Part shown: piece after piece, positions 34,378 to 45,364 of the stretch
Numbering within the stretch: position 1 is the first letter of the stretch
Layout of the letters: every line of letters starts with the position of its first letter
Source of the DNA: Bilabrum cf. latius
Lineage: Eukaryota
DNA: 64,000 bases
Direction: 5' to 3'
Assembly: GCA_965178125.1 (NCBI GenBank)
Contig: OZ237774.1
Coordinates: 62,001 to 126,000, forward strand
The notes under the pieces: model-generated
Told to the model about the DNA's origin: nothing
Databases searched by the model: none
The model's input: only the letters and a program-made list of their open reading frames with translations
Program-made: the position numbers and the translations under genes

Positions 34378-36390
34378 ATGCTTCGCCGGTTCGCAACGAG
34401 TTCTGCTCGCATTATGTCCCGCGCTAGCAGCCGGTCTTGGTCGCAGGGAGGTCGCTGGATGTCGGCAGCGGCGTCCGCATCAGCCACGCTGGAGCCTACG
34501 GAGATCACCGTGGCTCGCGGCGATGGCATCGGCCCCGAGATCATGGACGCAACCCTTCGCATTCTTGAAGCTAGCAAGGCTCAGCTTGTGACACATGAGA
34601 TTGAGATCGGAGAGAAGGTGTACAAGGCGGGGTACACGAGCGGCATCAAGCCAGAGGCTTGGGACCTTCTTCGCAGCACCAAGGTCTTCCTGAAGGCGCC
34701 AATCACCACCCCGACAGGCGGAGGTTACAAGAGCCTTAATGTGTCGGTGCGGAAGACGCTTGGTCTTTTCGCCAACGTGCGCCCGGTGCAGAGCATGCAT
34801 CCATTCGTTCAGTGCGACAGGCACCCCATCGACATGGGTGAGTCCGACACTTCAATATCGCGCGAATCCGCACTGGTTGATAAATACGTACGCACCATTG
34901 TGATTGTGACCGCGTTCCAGGCATTGCTGGGCATTTCATCGCAAAGCCACACTTGTTCGCGCACCGTCGCGCGGTTGCTTGTCCCAAGGTGCACCACTCA
35001 AATCTGCATTATGTTCTACGCCTACCCACGCAGTCATTATGTAAGAACTAAAAAATAACTAATTAGTGGATTGGCTTCGCCGATCGATGCTTTGAACGCC
35101 TGCTGGAACGCGACGCGAACATTCTTCGCGCTCTCGCATCAATGCCGCACACCCTTTGCTGCTCCTCGAATTCATTTTCTTCTCGCGCTATCCGCATTCA
35201 CCTATACCCGCAGCCGCGAGAACGAGGAGGACCTGTACGCCGGCATCGAGCACCAGCAGACGCCCGACGTGACGCAGTGCCTCAAGATCATCACCAGGCA
35301 GGGGTGCGAGCGCATCGCTCGGTACGCCTTCGACTTCGCCCGCCGCAACAACCGCAAGCGCGTGACGTGCATGGTCAAGGACAACATCATGAAGATGACG
35401 GACGGGCTCTTCTACGACGTGTTCGAGAACATCGGCAAGACCGAGTATCCCGACATCGCCCGCGATCGCATGATCATCGACATCGGGTCTGCCATCGTGG
35501 CGGATGACCCGGGGAGGTTCGACGTAATCCTGACGACCAACCTGTACGGTGACATCATCTCCGACGTGGCCGTGCAGGTGGCAGGGTCCGTGGGCCTGGG
35601 CGGGTCGGCCAACGTGGGCGACTCTTGCGCCATGTTCGAGGCAGTGCACGGCTCTGCGCCCGACATCTCGGGCAAGAACATCGCCAACCCCAGCGGACTT
35701 CTCCTGGGCTCGGTGCAGATGCTGCAGCACATCCGCCAGCCCGGCGCCGCTGAGCAGATCTACAACGCCTGGCTGAGGACGATCGAGGACGGCTGCCACA
35801 CGGTGGACATCTACCAGCCCGACAACGAGGAGGTGGGCTCCAAGTACAAGATGGGGACGAAGGAATTCGCAGACGCGGTCATCGAGAGGCTGGGCCAGGA
35901 GCCGCAGAAGATGAAGCCCGTGAGGTACACGGGCAAGGCCCAGGCCGCCTCGATGGGGCAGGGGCACGGGTCCTCGGCGGGGGAGGGGGAGGGAACAAGC
36001 GAGTCCCCCGTGTGGGACCCCCCGAGGAAGGAGAAGACCCTCCACGGGGTGGATGCATTCGTCCAGTGGGAGGGCAAGGACCCCGACTCGCTGGCGGCGA
36101 CGCTCAAGGCAGCCGCCGAGAAGGCAGGCATCGAGGACCTGGAGCTGCGGCTCATCACCAACAGGGGGGTCCGCTGCTGGCCCGACCACTTCCCCGAGAC
36201 CTTCCTGGTGGACCACTGGAGGTGCAGGTTCAGGCCCGTGGGCGACGACAAGGGCGTGGTGCCCATGAGCTCCGTGCTCAAGGTGCTGGGGGCCGTGGCC
36301 GAGTCGGGGGATGGCGTGGATCTCATCAAGATGGAGGGGCTCTACCTCTTCGATGGAGAGCTCGGGTTCTCGCTGGGCCAGGGCGAGTGA
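34378..36390 (+). CDS. icd: Bacterial-type isocitrate dehydrogenase with a C-terminal extension and a mitochondrial-type presequence
   Basis: Exons are 34378-34837, 35034-35040 (7 nt) and 35214-36390. Motifs are ITVARGDGIGPEIM, LKAPITTP.GGGYKSLNV, DMVIIRENEEDLYAGIEH, KDNIMKMTDGLF, NLYGDIISD, MFEAVHGSAPDI and C-terminal ITNRGVRCWP...DHWRCRF...GFSLGQGE. It ends at TGA. Confidence 0.93.
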
Positions 36391-36810
36391 GCAACGCGAT
36401 GATTTTTGTTTGGGAGGAGTTGCTGGGGCTTGCGAATTACGAGGCTGGTTTTGCGTGGCGGTGTTTCGGCCCATGGGACGGGAGGATCACTGCCATGATC
36501 CGAGGGCGAGCAGATGTTGGAAATTGCTCGCTTTGGAGGATCGCGGTATTCGCCAGCGGAGACAGGGCACGGTACATGCGATAAGCAAGGCGGGCCATGC
36601 GGGGCGGCAGAGTGCTTCTTTCAGTTTAGATTCGTTGCTTGCAGACGCTTGCGGCAGTTGGCGGTGAAATAGCAGCCGGACTGGGATGGAGTGAATAGAA
36701 CAACGTTCGGCTTTTATGTATGACCAAATATTTTTCAAGTTAATACCTCTCAGAGAATACTCCCATTTCTTAATTTTGGATGAGGGCCGCCGGTACAAAT
36801 TTGCGGTGAA

Positions 36811-36822
36811 TTGGTTACAACC
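36811..36822 (+). promoter_or_regulatory. Candidate promoter element TTGGTTACAACC
   Basis: It starts 82 nt upstream of ATG 36893. Confidence 0.5.
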
Positions 36823-36892
36823 ACCCCTGGGGCATCCAGCCCTCGTCAAGTGGCCCACTTGGTACGATTACAGATCCATCAACCACTGCACG

Positions 36893-39800
36893 ATGGCTCT
36901 CACAGATGACGAAGTGAGGAAACCCATGGAATTTTCTGTGTTGCATGCTCAGTAATATCCACCATACCCGTGTGCATCACGTGACGGGTGTTCGCGGGTT
37001 GCTCAGCAGGCTGTTCGGTGTTTGCTCTACATTCCGATAAATGACAAGATCTTGGACACCAGAACGTGCATGTGTTTTCAAGTAGTAGTAAATTGTTGTT
37101 TACGATCCAGGCAAGCGCCAATGGGTCATTGACTGGTGCAAAGACATTTCGCAGCATTCCCGCAAACCGAGCGGAGACATAGTCAATAGTTCGCTACTAG
37201 CAAGCAACAACGCATTCCGTATGCTACCTGACGTGCATTAAAATCGAGTGGTTCACATTACTGCTAGCTTTCACGGCCTTTCTACGCAGTTCGAGGATCT
37301 GACAGACTCTGATGAGGAAAGCCCGGGACCGCTGCGATCGAGAGCAGATTTTGGCAGCACAGGCACGGGCCCCATCGGCCTAACCACCCCGAGTCTACCC
37401 GTGGATAGCCGTTCTATCCGAAGCGAGTCGGCTGGTGGCGCATCATTCGGCAGTACGGGCGGCAGCAACGCCCGCGGGATGGGAGTATCGCCGCAGGGCG
37501 CGGCTGCAGCCGCTGAGACTGGCACTGCCGCTGGCATGACAGGTGCGGGCCGGTCGGGGGATATGCCTAATCGAACCTACGGAGACACTGACTCTGAGCC
37601 GGCGCCGCACAAAGGCAACGGGGCATACCACGGGGGCAGCGGGGGCAGCGTCAAGGCAGCCACGGTGGCAGCAGGAGAAGTGGACGGATTGCGCGGCGCC
37701 GCCGTTGCGGAACCAACCGACCCTGTCCACCCCACAACAGCGGCACATAGCGGCAGCGGAGTCAGCAGCACCCGCCACTCGGAATCGAAATCCCCCCGGG
37801 ACGTTGCGGGCAGCGAGGCCGGCAGCAGCGGCAGCGGCAGCAGCGGACCCCCCAGCTCTAGGGCACCCTCAAGGATCAGCGCCCCCAAGCCGGAAGTAGG
37901 AGCGCGAGGCCTATCGATGAGCCAGTTGGAAGAACACCAGCAGGGACAGGAACAGGAACAGGAACAGGGGCAGGGGCATGTGGAGCCCCCAGCATTCGAC
38001 GCTCTTGGCAGGGTCCGGATCGTGGATCGGGACAGGGGGGTCGTCTACTGGATGGACCCTGCATCGGGGGAGATCTTCGATGCCCCCGCGGAGGGGACAT
38101 CGTCGGGGGCAGGACCCCGGGGGGGTGGCAAGGCAGATGACGAGCGCGCGCTGGGCGGGATCGGCGCCCCCCCCGCAGTGGTGGCGGCTGGACTGAGGGG
38201 GGGGGCGGTGGGCGTGACTGCGGCCAGCGACGGGGGGAGCCGGATGGGGGGGACTGGGGCAGGACCCCGGGGGATTGTGGGGTCAGCGAGCGATGCGGGT
38301 GGGGAGGGGGGCCAGGATGCATCGCACGGTGGTGCAATGGGCGGGTTCTACTCCAAGCACCACACGTTCCTCGGTGTTGGGAGGCAGGCTGCAGCCATCG
38401 AGGAAGAGGAGGAGGAGGAAGACGAAGAGGACGGTACCGGTGGCGGAAAGGGTGAGGCGGGCCGTGCGGGCAGTGGCCAGGTCGGTAGCGGTGTGACGAG
38501 TGCGATGGCCGGCGGTGGTGCCGGGCGCACGGCGGACGCGGCCGAGGCCAGGGGTCTGGCTCGGGCCACTGAGAGGGCGGCCTAGCAGGCCGGCTCCGGA
38601 TCTTCTTCAGGGAACAAGGGAGGTGCGACGAGTGAGGAAGGGAAAGTGGGTGAGGGGGGCAGCGGCAACGGTGGCATGTTTGGGTTCTTCGGGCGAATGT
38701 TCGGCGGAGGTTCGTCAGGAGCAGCCGCGGGGAGCGGCAGCAGCGGCGGCACCCTTCCCACCCCTGGGTCACCCATGGTGGGGGCAGCGGGGCAGGACAG
38801 CGCCATCGGCCCCCTGCAGCACCCCTCCCCCGTGGAGGCCACCTACGTGCAGAAGAACGTTCGCGAACTCACGAGGCTGTGCGAGGTGCAGAGGCTGGGG
38901 GCCCACTGCAGGGACTCGGAATCGCTATGGTGCGGCCGCTGGTCGCCCGACGGACGGTTCCTCGCCACCGCCGGGGGAAGGGAGGACGAAGGTTCGGTGA
39001 GGCTCTGGGACATCACGGCCGTGCTGCCCACGCTGGACGTGGTCCCGGATGGTGTGACGAGTGCGGGCGACGGTGCGGTGCCTCCGTCGCTGCCCGCATC
39101 GCACCCGTCACACGCTGGCCCCCTCAGTGGCAGCTCCGGCCGGGCCTCTGACGGGACGGCCGGAGCCGGGCCGTCTGGGTCGGGGACTTCGAGCAGCGCA
39201 AGCAGCAGGCGGGGGGGCAGCAGCAGCAGCAGCAGCAGCAGAAGGCGGGTCCGGCAGGTGGAGCTGGCCCGGTCGAAGCGCCCCCCCGCCCTGTGGGTCA
39301 TGCAGCCCACCTGCGCGCACCACTACCGCGGCCACTCGTCACACGTGGTGGACCTGTCCTGGTCCCGCAGCCAGCTGCTGCTGTCTGCCAGTTTGGACAG
39401 GTCCGTCCGCCTGTGGCACGCCTCCAGGGGGGAGTGTCTCCACAAGTTCCTGCACCCGGACGCCGTGTCCTCCGTGTCGTTCCACCCGTCCGAGGACAGG
39501 TACTTTGTGACTGGGTGTTTCGACCAGAAGCTGAGGGTTTGGTCGCTGGAGACCGGGCGCGTTGTTCTCTGGCACGCGACGGCGGCCGTCATCACGAGCG
39601 TCGCCTTCAGCCCGGACGCGAGGTTTGTAGCGTGCGGTTTGTACACGGGGCTGGTGACTTTATACCACACGGATGGGCTGCGGTACCACACCCAGGTTGA
39701 GTGCAGGAACAGGAGCGGGGCCCTCAGGAAGGGCCGCAAGGTCACTGGGCTCGACTTCGCCAGGGGGGGATCCCACTTGCTCGTGACAACGAACGATTCC

Positions 39801-40814
39801 AGGGTCCGTTTGATTGCTCTGGACGACTACTCGCAGGCGTACAAGTACGCGGGTGCGAGCAACATGCACCGGCAGATCCGCGCGAGTCTGGACGCCTCAG
39901 GTGCCAGGGTCATTTGCGGGTCGGAGGACGGGAGAGTGGTGGTCTGGCGCACTCGTCACGACCACTTTGTTCCCCACGTGCACCCCCGCTTCACGGGCTA
40001 CTCGGCCAAGAAGGTCAGGGGGTACGAGTGCTTTCAGGGGGGGATTCCCCTGGGGGCTGCGGGGGCGGGAGGGGACCCCAGTGCGGGGTCACACGGTGCC
40101 GGTGGGGCAATGGGAGCGGTTGCTGGTCGGAACGGAGGAGCACCGGCGTCGGAGAGTGTTGGTCGGTTCCCTGACCCGGTCCTTGAAGACGAGGGAGACG
40201 ACGTGCCGCAGGATTCTGACTCCGAGTCGGACTCTGGGACGAGCGGCGGCGGGAGGTCCCGGCGGTCCGGTGAAGCTGGGCCGGGGATGGGGATGGGGAT
40301 GGGAGTTCCGAGTCGGGCGGGGTCGGTTGGGGGCACAGGCGCCGGAGAGGCCGGCAGCGACGGGGACAGTGACGGTGACGAGTCCGGTAGCGGAACCGGC
40401 GCCGCGCGTCCGGCCCCCGTGGCGTGCACCGTGGCCTTGTTCGCACCCCCCTCCACTGTGGCGGCGGTGCAGACGCGGCGCCGCGCGATGATCCGCAAGT
40501 ACGAGGAGGCCATGGGACTCCCCCCCGCGGTGGCGCCGCGCGGGGGAGGTTCCGCAACCGAGGGTAAGAAGGGTAGCAGGGCTGGCAGTGGCAGTGTCAG
40601 TGTCAGTGGGGGCAAGCACGGGCCTGCGTCCGGCAGGGCCCTTGCATGCCCCAAGGACAAGGCGGGGATCTGGCTCCTTCGGAAGCAGGAGCTGGCCCGG
40701 CAGGAGGCGGCGAGGCAGGGGCTCGTGTGGAATCACCTGGTGCTCGTGGTGGGGGACAGCGCGGGTCACCTGAGGGTGATGGAGAGTGACGGTCCTCTTG
40801 AGATCGCGGGGTGA
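36893..40814 (+). CDS. WD40-repeat protein (WDR44-like) with a long disordered N-terminus; 1 in-frame TAG
   Basis: Exon 1 (36893-36913) encodes MALTDDE. Intron 36914-37289. After TAG 38583 come WSPDGRFLATAG, GHSSHVVDLSWSRSQLLLSASLDRSVRLWH, FHPSEDRYFVTGCFDQKLRVW, GRKVTGL, LLVTTNDSRVRL and ICGSEDGRVVVW, then TGA. Confidence 0.87.
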
Positions 40815-41049
40815 TGACGGATCGCCGAGCCGGTCCCCGGTGGGTTGCAAGCAAGTAGTCGACGGATTGCGATCGTGAAGGCCTCGGCATCTGCCGCCAT
40901 GTGTATATGATCCTGATAATATCAGTTCATATTCCCTACGCATTTATTTGAGTGGAGCACTTACTATTTCGGTCGCTTCAAGGCACAGCTTGCGCACACT
41001 GATACTGTTGCAATGAGCGCAGTCACTGTATACCCAGCGCTGTTTCAGT

Positions 41050-43360
41050 CAGCATTCCACCATGCCCAAACTACGAGCGGTATGTTGACTTCAATGGAGT
41101 CTCGGGAACCCCAGTGAAAATAACCATAGTAGTCGTGTCCAATGCAGGTGGAATCCGGGACATGTTCGCGGGATTCCGGGTTTGCGTCGTTCACCCCAGC
41201 GGTCAGATCGCCAGGTGCTGGAAAAGTTTACTAGATACGAGATATCTTGAGACGGATAAAACCCCAGATCTCCTCGCTGCAACTGGTCACACAGTAGAGC
41301 CACATCGTTGGAATGGTGAGATGAGCTCAAGCTACTATGGCCATCCTGCGTTTGGTAGCCAGCACGTGCAACCAGCTGCTACCTACCTCCAGCGTTTCAA
41401 TGAATAGAAACCAAGTTTTGTACGATTGATTCAATGGTAGGGGTTGGATTTAACTGGTCAAGTATATTCTCGCGGCTGAGCCACTGATGATGCGTGCGTT
41501 CTCGCATACACCGGAGGTTACCTTGACCGAGTTGATGGAGTTCCGCCCCATCCAGGTGCACCAGAAGAAGAACATAAGTTTAATACAGCTCTCGTATTCC
41601 GTTTGCAGTCTGGAGCGAACAGCCATGTAGTTGGTCAGCTCGTCCGCGTCGCGCTATTGGCAGCAATCATGGGGGCCTTGTTCCTGACGACTGGTGGCTT
41701 GGCCAGGCCAATGGTGAACGCTGATATCAAAGGTGTCTCCATCGCGGGCGCCACGCGATCCCACGGGACACACCATCGTGCGCACAATACGCGACCATTC
41801 AAGTTAGTGCGACTGCTAGCTGATGGCTCGCCAGCATCGGGCATACAAGAGGACAACACCATCACGTCATTGCTGTCAGTGGTATCCAAACACTTGGAAC
41901 ATGTAGCGCATGGGCTCGGCCTACTTGTTGGGGTCAGCTAGGAAGTAGGAAATAAGGAGCGGCCAAACCGTCAGCACTTCATTCTGCAAGCGAAGCTACT
42001 GGGACTGCTGCTGGCGAGAACGACGCAACCGAGCTGCATCCTTTATGACGCATGTTATTCGGAGCCAAGAGGCACTTGAACGTGTTTATTATGGACATCT
42101 ATGTCATGGAAGCGAGGCCCAGTTTTCCAGCACCAGTCCTGTGGGTGGGTGGTGATGACATGTGACAGGGTGGATGGCTCTATTGTCAGGTAGTTCGTGA
42201 TGTAGTATAAGTATGTTACTAAATATGCGTGTTTCCGACTCGTAGACTCACGAACTTGTATGATAGATCCGAACGGCCCGGGGCCTCATCACCTCCTATG
42301 GTTCCGGTTTGCAGATTTACCACGTCCCGCCGGCGGCGGCCGCGCCACGACGTTCGTCATTCCACGGTCACAACAAATTGTCACTGGGTCAAATCATTGC
42401 AGCGAGAAGGGCTCGATCAATACAGAAAGTTACGTTAAGGGCAAAACACTAGTATATTCCGCTGCTACTGCTAGCGATCTTCTTCGAATGGTGAGAGTTA
42501 CAACGAGTACCCTGTACGTGATTGCTAGCTTGAGTAACGACGTCCCACATCCCTTGATTATTTCCATGTACTATTGGCACATTGATTTGGACTGGGCAGA
42601 GGCATGGAACTGCACTGGAATGGTCACTCAACTGCCATGGCCCCATTCTCGCTGTTGTCCTTTTCTCGAACGGAGGAGCCAAACCGCGCCATTGACCTAA
42701 ATCTGCAAATCACAACTTGTGTATAGTTTTGCTAACTTGTGTATGGCTTTGCTGTCCAATCGCAGTTAGGTAGAAGACAAAATATAGGTGTCATCCAGTT
42801 GGTTCGTACCACGCTGCTTGCTCTCATGGTGGTAGCTATTTTTCTGATGGTAGGTGGTTCAGCTGTGCATGGGTACCGTGGCTTTATCAACAACTAGTTG
42901 AAACCTTAGTTTAGCATACGCCCAAGCCCCACGGTCTCGGCGTCAGATCCAAACGAAAGCACGAAGTCGAGCGACAACTCAGAGAATAGAGAGAAAGAAC
43001 AGAAAGAGAAAGAACAGAAAGAGAAAGCCTCATCGCAGTCATTGCGTGACGAAAATTCAGAATTGTAAGTTTGCCTGGCTGTTAGGGCTTACTTGGTGCC
43101 CGTGCATTCCTGTCCTGATCGAGCGCACGCAAATTCAGGAGGAGAGATGTCGATTTGTCACGGTGCACAACCTTGCACCCTTGTATTGATATCTCACGGT
43201 TGCTCGCAACTGTAATACTGAACCCGCCGCGGCGGACTGGGCGTTCATGATCTGCACGCATGCATGGCTGGAGCCTCCTTCCCGGACGCTCCTGGGCGCA
43301 GGATTCCGAAAGGTTGGAACGGCGTCGGACTCGGACCCTGCTGCCCCGCTCTTCGACCAT
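41050..43360 (-). other. Unresolved AT-richer region, possibly a multi-exon minus-strand gene
   Basis: Exon-like stretches end in GT donors, for example ...CCQ[TAG]RDADELTNYMAVRSRLQTEYESCIKLMFFFWCTWMGRNSINSVK|gtaa near 41520-41750 and ...GRSDLSYKF|gtgagt near 42250. I could not build a full model. Confidence 0.25.
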
Positions 43361-43457
43361 TTCGATCGATTCGATCCGTGGGTAGCGTATTATATTAAAA
43401 TAGTGAGCAAACGTTACAATATGAAGTCAAATCATGATAAAACATGGAATTCATCGA

Positions 43458-44774
43458 TCACTCGTTGCCCTCGGATGCCACCCCGCACCGCCGCAAGGCA
43501 GCCTTAGCACCGCCCGCGCTGTTGCCTCTGCCCGCTACCACTACCTCCCTGAGGGCAGAATCCCCGCCTGCCGCTTTGACCACCTTCCAGTAGACCAGGT
43601 CAAAGGTGCACATGACCCCTAGAGCCCTAGAAGCGCCATCGGCCTCCTCGCTCCCAGGGTCATCCCGAATCACGCTCACCAGCAAGTCAGCCCCCCCAGC
43701 CGCGGCGAACTGCTTCCACACACTGGCCCAGCCGCTCGCGTCGTGGACAGAGTACTGTTTCTCCTAGAAGGCACTCAATTTCACGCTGGACAGCCGGCTC
43801 ACCAAGATGCTCGCTTGCACGCCCATTCGCTTCCTCAAGTAGTCCACCACGGCCCTCACTCCCCCGCTCTGCACCAGGTGCTCCCTGCATGCGCTGGACC
43901 GAGGCCCCTCCAGCATGCCCATTAGCATCGAGTTCGCAAGAGATGCCGCATCATCAGACGTGAGATCATTTCTGGACTTGGTTTGGAGCAGCTTCACCAG
44001 GGCAGGCACGACGCCCTGGCGCATGAACGAGTGGCACGTGTCGTTCTCCACGTGCCCCGACAAGCTGTGGAGCACTCCGACGGCGACGTCGGCTGCATCA
44101 AGAGGTATCCTGCCAGCGGCCCACCCTTTGATAACGCCAGATAGTGCACTGAACGCCTTTGCTTTGACTGCAGCTCGCACGGCCAAGGAAGATTGTTCGG
44201 TCATCAGCTTGTTTAGCGTGATCATTGCTAGCGTAGATACCTCGTTCCTGCGGTCAAACAGCGCGACTAGCTTCGGGACAACTCCCGCTTCCACGAGTTT
44301 ACGGTCGATGCTCCTGCTCTTGGCAGCAATGGCTCTAGTCAATCGAGCTGCTGCCAGCTGCAGCACCAAGGCCTGCGAATCCAGCGCCTCCACGATGCTC
44401 CCGATCACACCGTCTGCCTCAATCACGACATGCACCCTCTTGCCCTTATCGCACAGCAGTATAAGCTCGTTCATCGCGTCAGCTCGCTCCGTGGGTGAAG
44501 CGATTGCATTCCTTATGAACGCTACTAGTCTCTTTGCAGGCTCAGGCGTCGCACCCGGCAGCCTACTCGGCAGACCTGCCCCCTGCCCTGTGATCGCATC
44601 TGCACGCGGGCTTTCTGCGTCTCCTGCCATCGAAGCATCGATGTCGGTCAAGTATGAGGCGTTTGTAGTAGGCGATGCATTGCCGTTTGAGCAAATGTCA
44701 GAGCTGTTGCTCGCCCAAGTACGGTCCAAGTGGCTGGCACACGATGCCTAGCCAGTTGGCTTCAAATCGGCCAT
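43458..44774 (-). CDS. Armadillo-repeat protein; 2 in-frame TAGs
   Basis: ORFs 44748-44951, 43764-44729 and 43458-43721 share one frame joined across TAG 44748-44750 and TAG 43764-43766. ARM-like segments are LVEAGVVPKLVALF, QGVVPALVKLL, LVQSGGVRAVVDYL and AAGGADLLVSVI. It ends at TGA. The start could be 44951. Confidence 0.8.
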
Positions 44775-45364
44775 TCGTACCGGTGACTGCGGATCCCAGG
44801 CAAACAAGATTGCTCCTAGTAGAGTCGCTATAGTCCTACTTAAAGTAAGCTGCCTGAATCTATGTATATTGCACCCAAACTGCGCGTGCATAGAACACGG
44901 ACGTGAGAGGCAGAAGTAGGCACCTGCTTTACGGGGGCTAGCTGCTTTCATGTCCTACTGGGCGCATGGCATCCGCAAGCATGTATGAGCGAAACAGTTC
45001 GGTGCAGTGAGGCTTGTGAGCAGTAAGGCTTGTGAGCAGTAAGGCTTGTGAAAGTATGCTTTGTTTTCGCAGAACTCAGCAGAAATGTTAGGTGCAGCAA
45101 CAGTGTATCCTCTCACCATTGCAGAATCAGTTGATGAAGCTGAACAAATGACGTGTCGAAGCGATACCGATTGATGTGATTTTCAATTTTCTTGCTAAGA
45201 AAGTTTGCGTAGCCACACTTTAGCAACCTATGACAGCTGTCTCGTGACTGACCACCCTGCATTTGTTAACCGGAACTCCACACGTGTTCGGTGCTGAACG
45301 TTCGATAGTTTTTGTCCAGGCTGGATTGCTTGTCGCCCAAAAATCTGACGTACACAGCTCAGCA

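Noticed and set aside
34378-36390. Bacterial contaminant or prokaryotic origin of the window
   Set aside because: GT-AG introns, a targeting presequence and eukaryote-type neighbours (RBM34, WDR44-like, ARF-like, LSH-type SNF2) show it is nuclear DNA.
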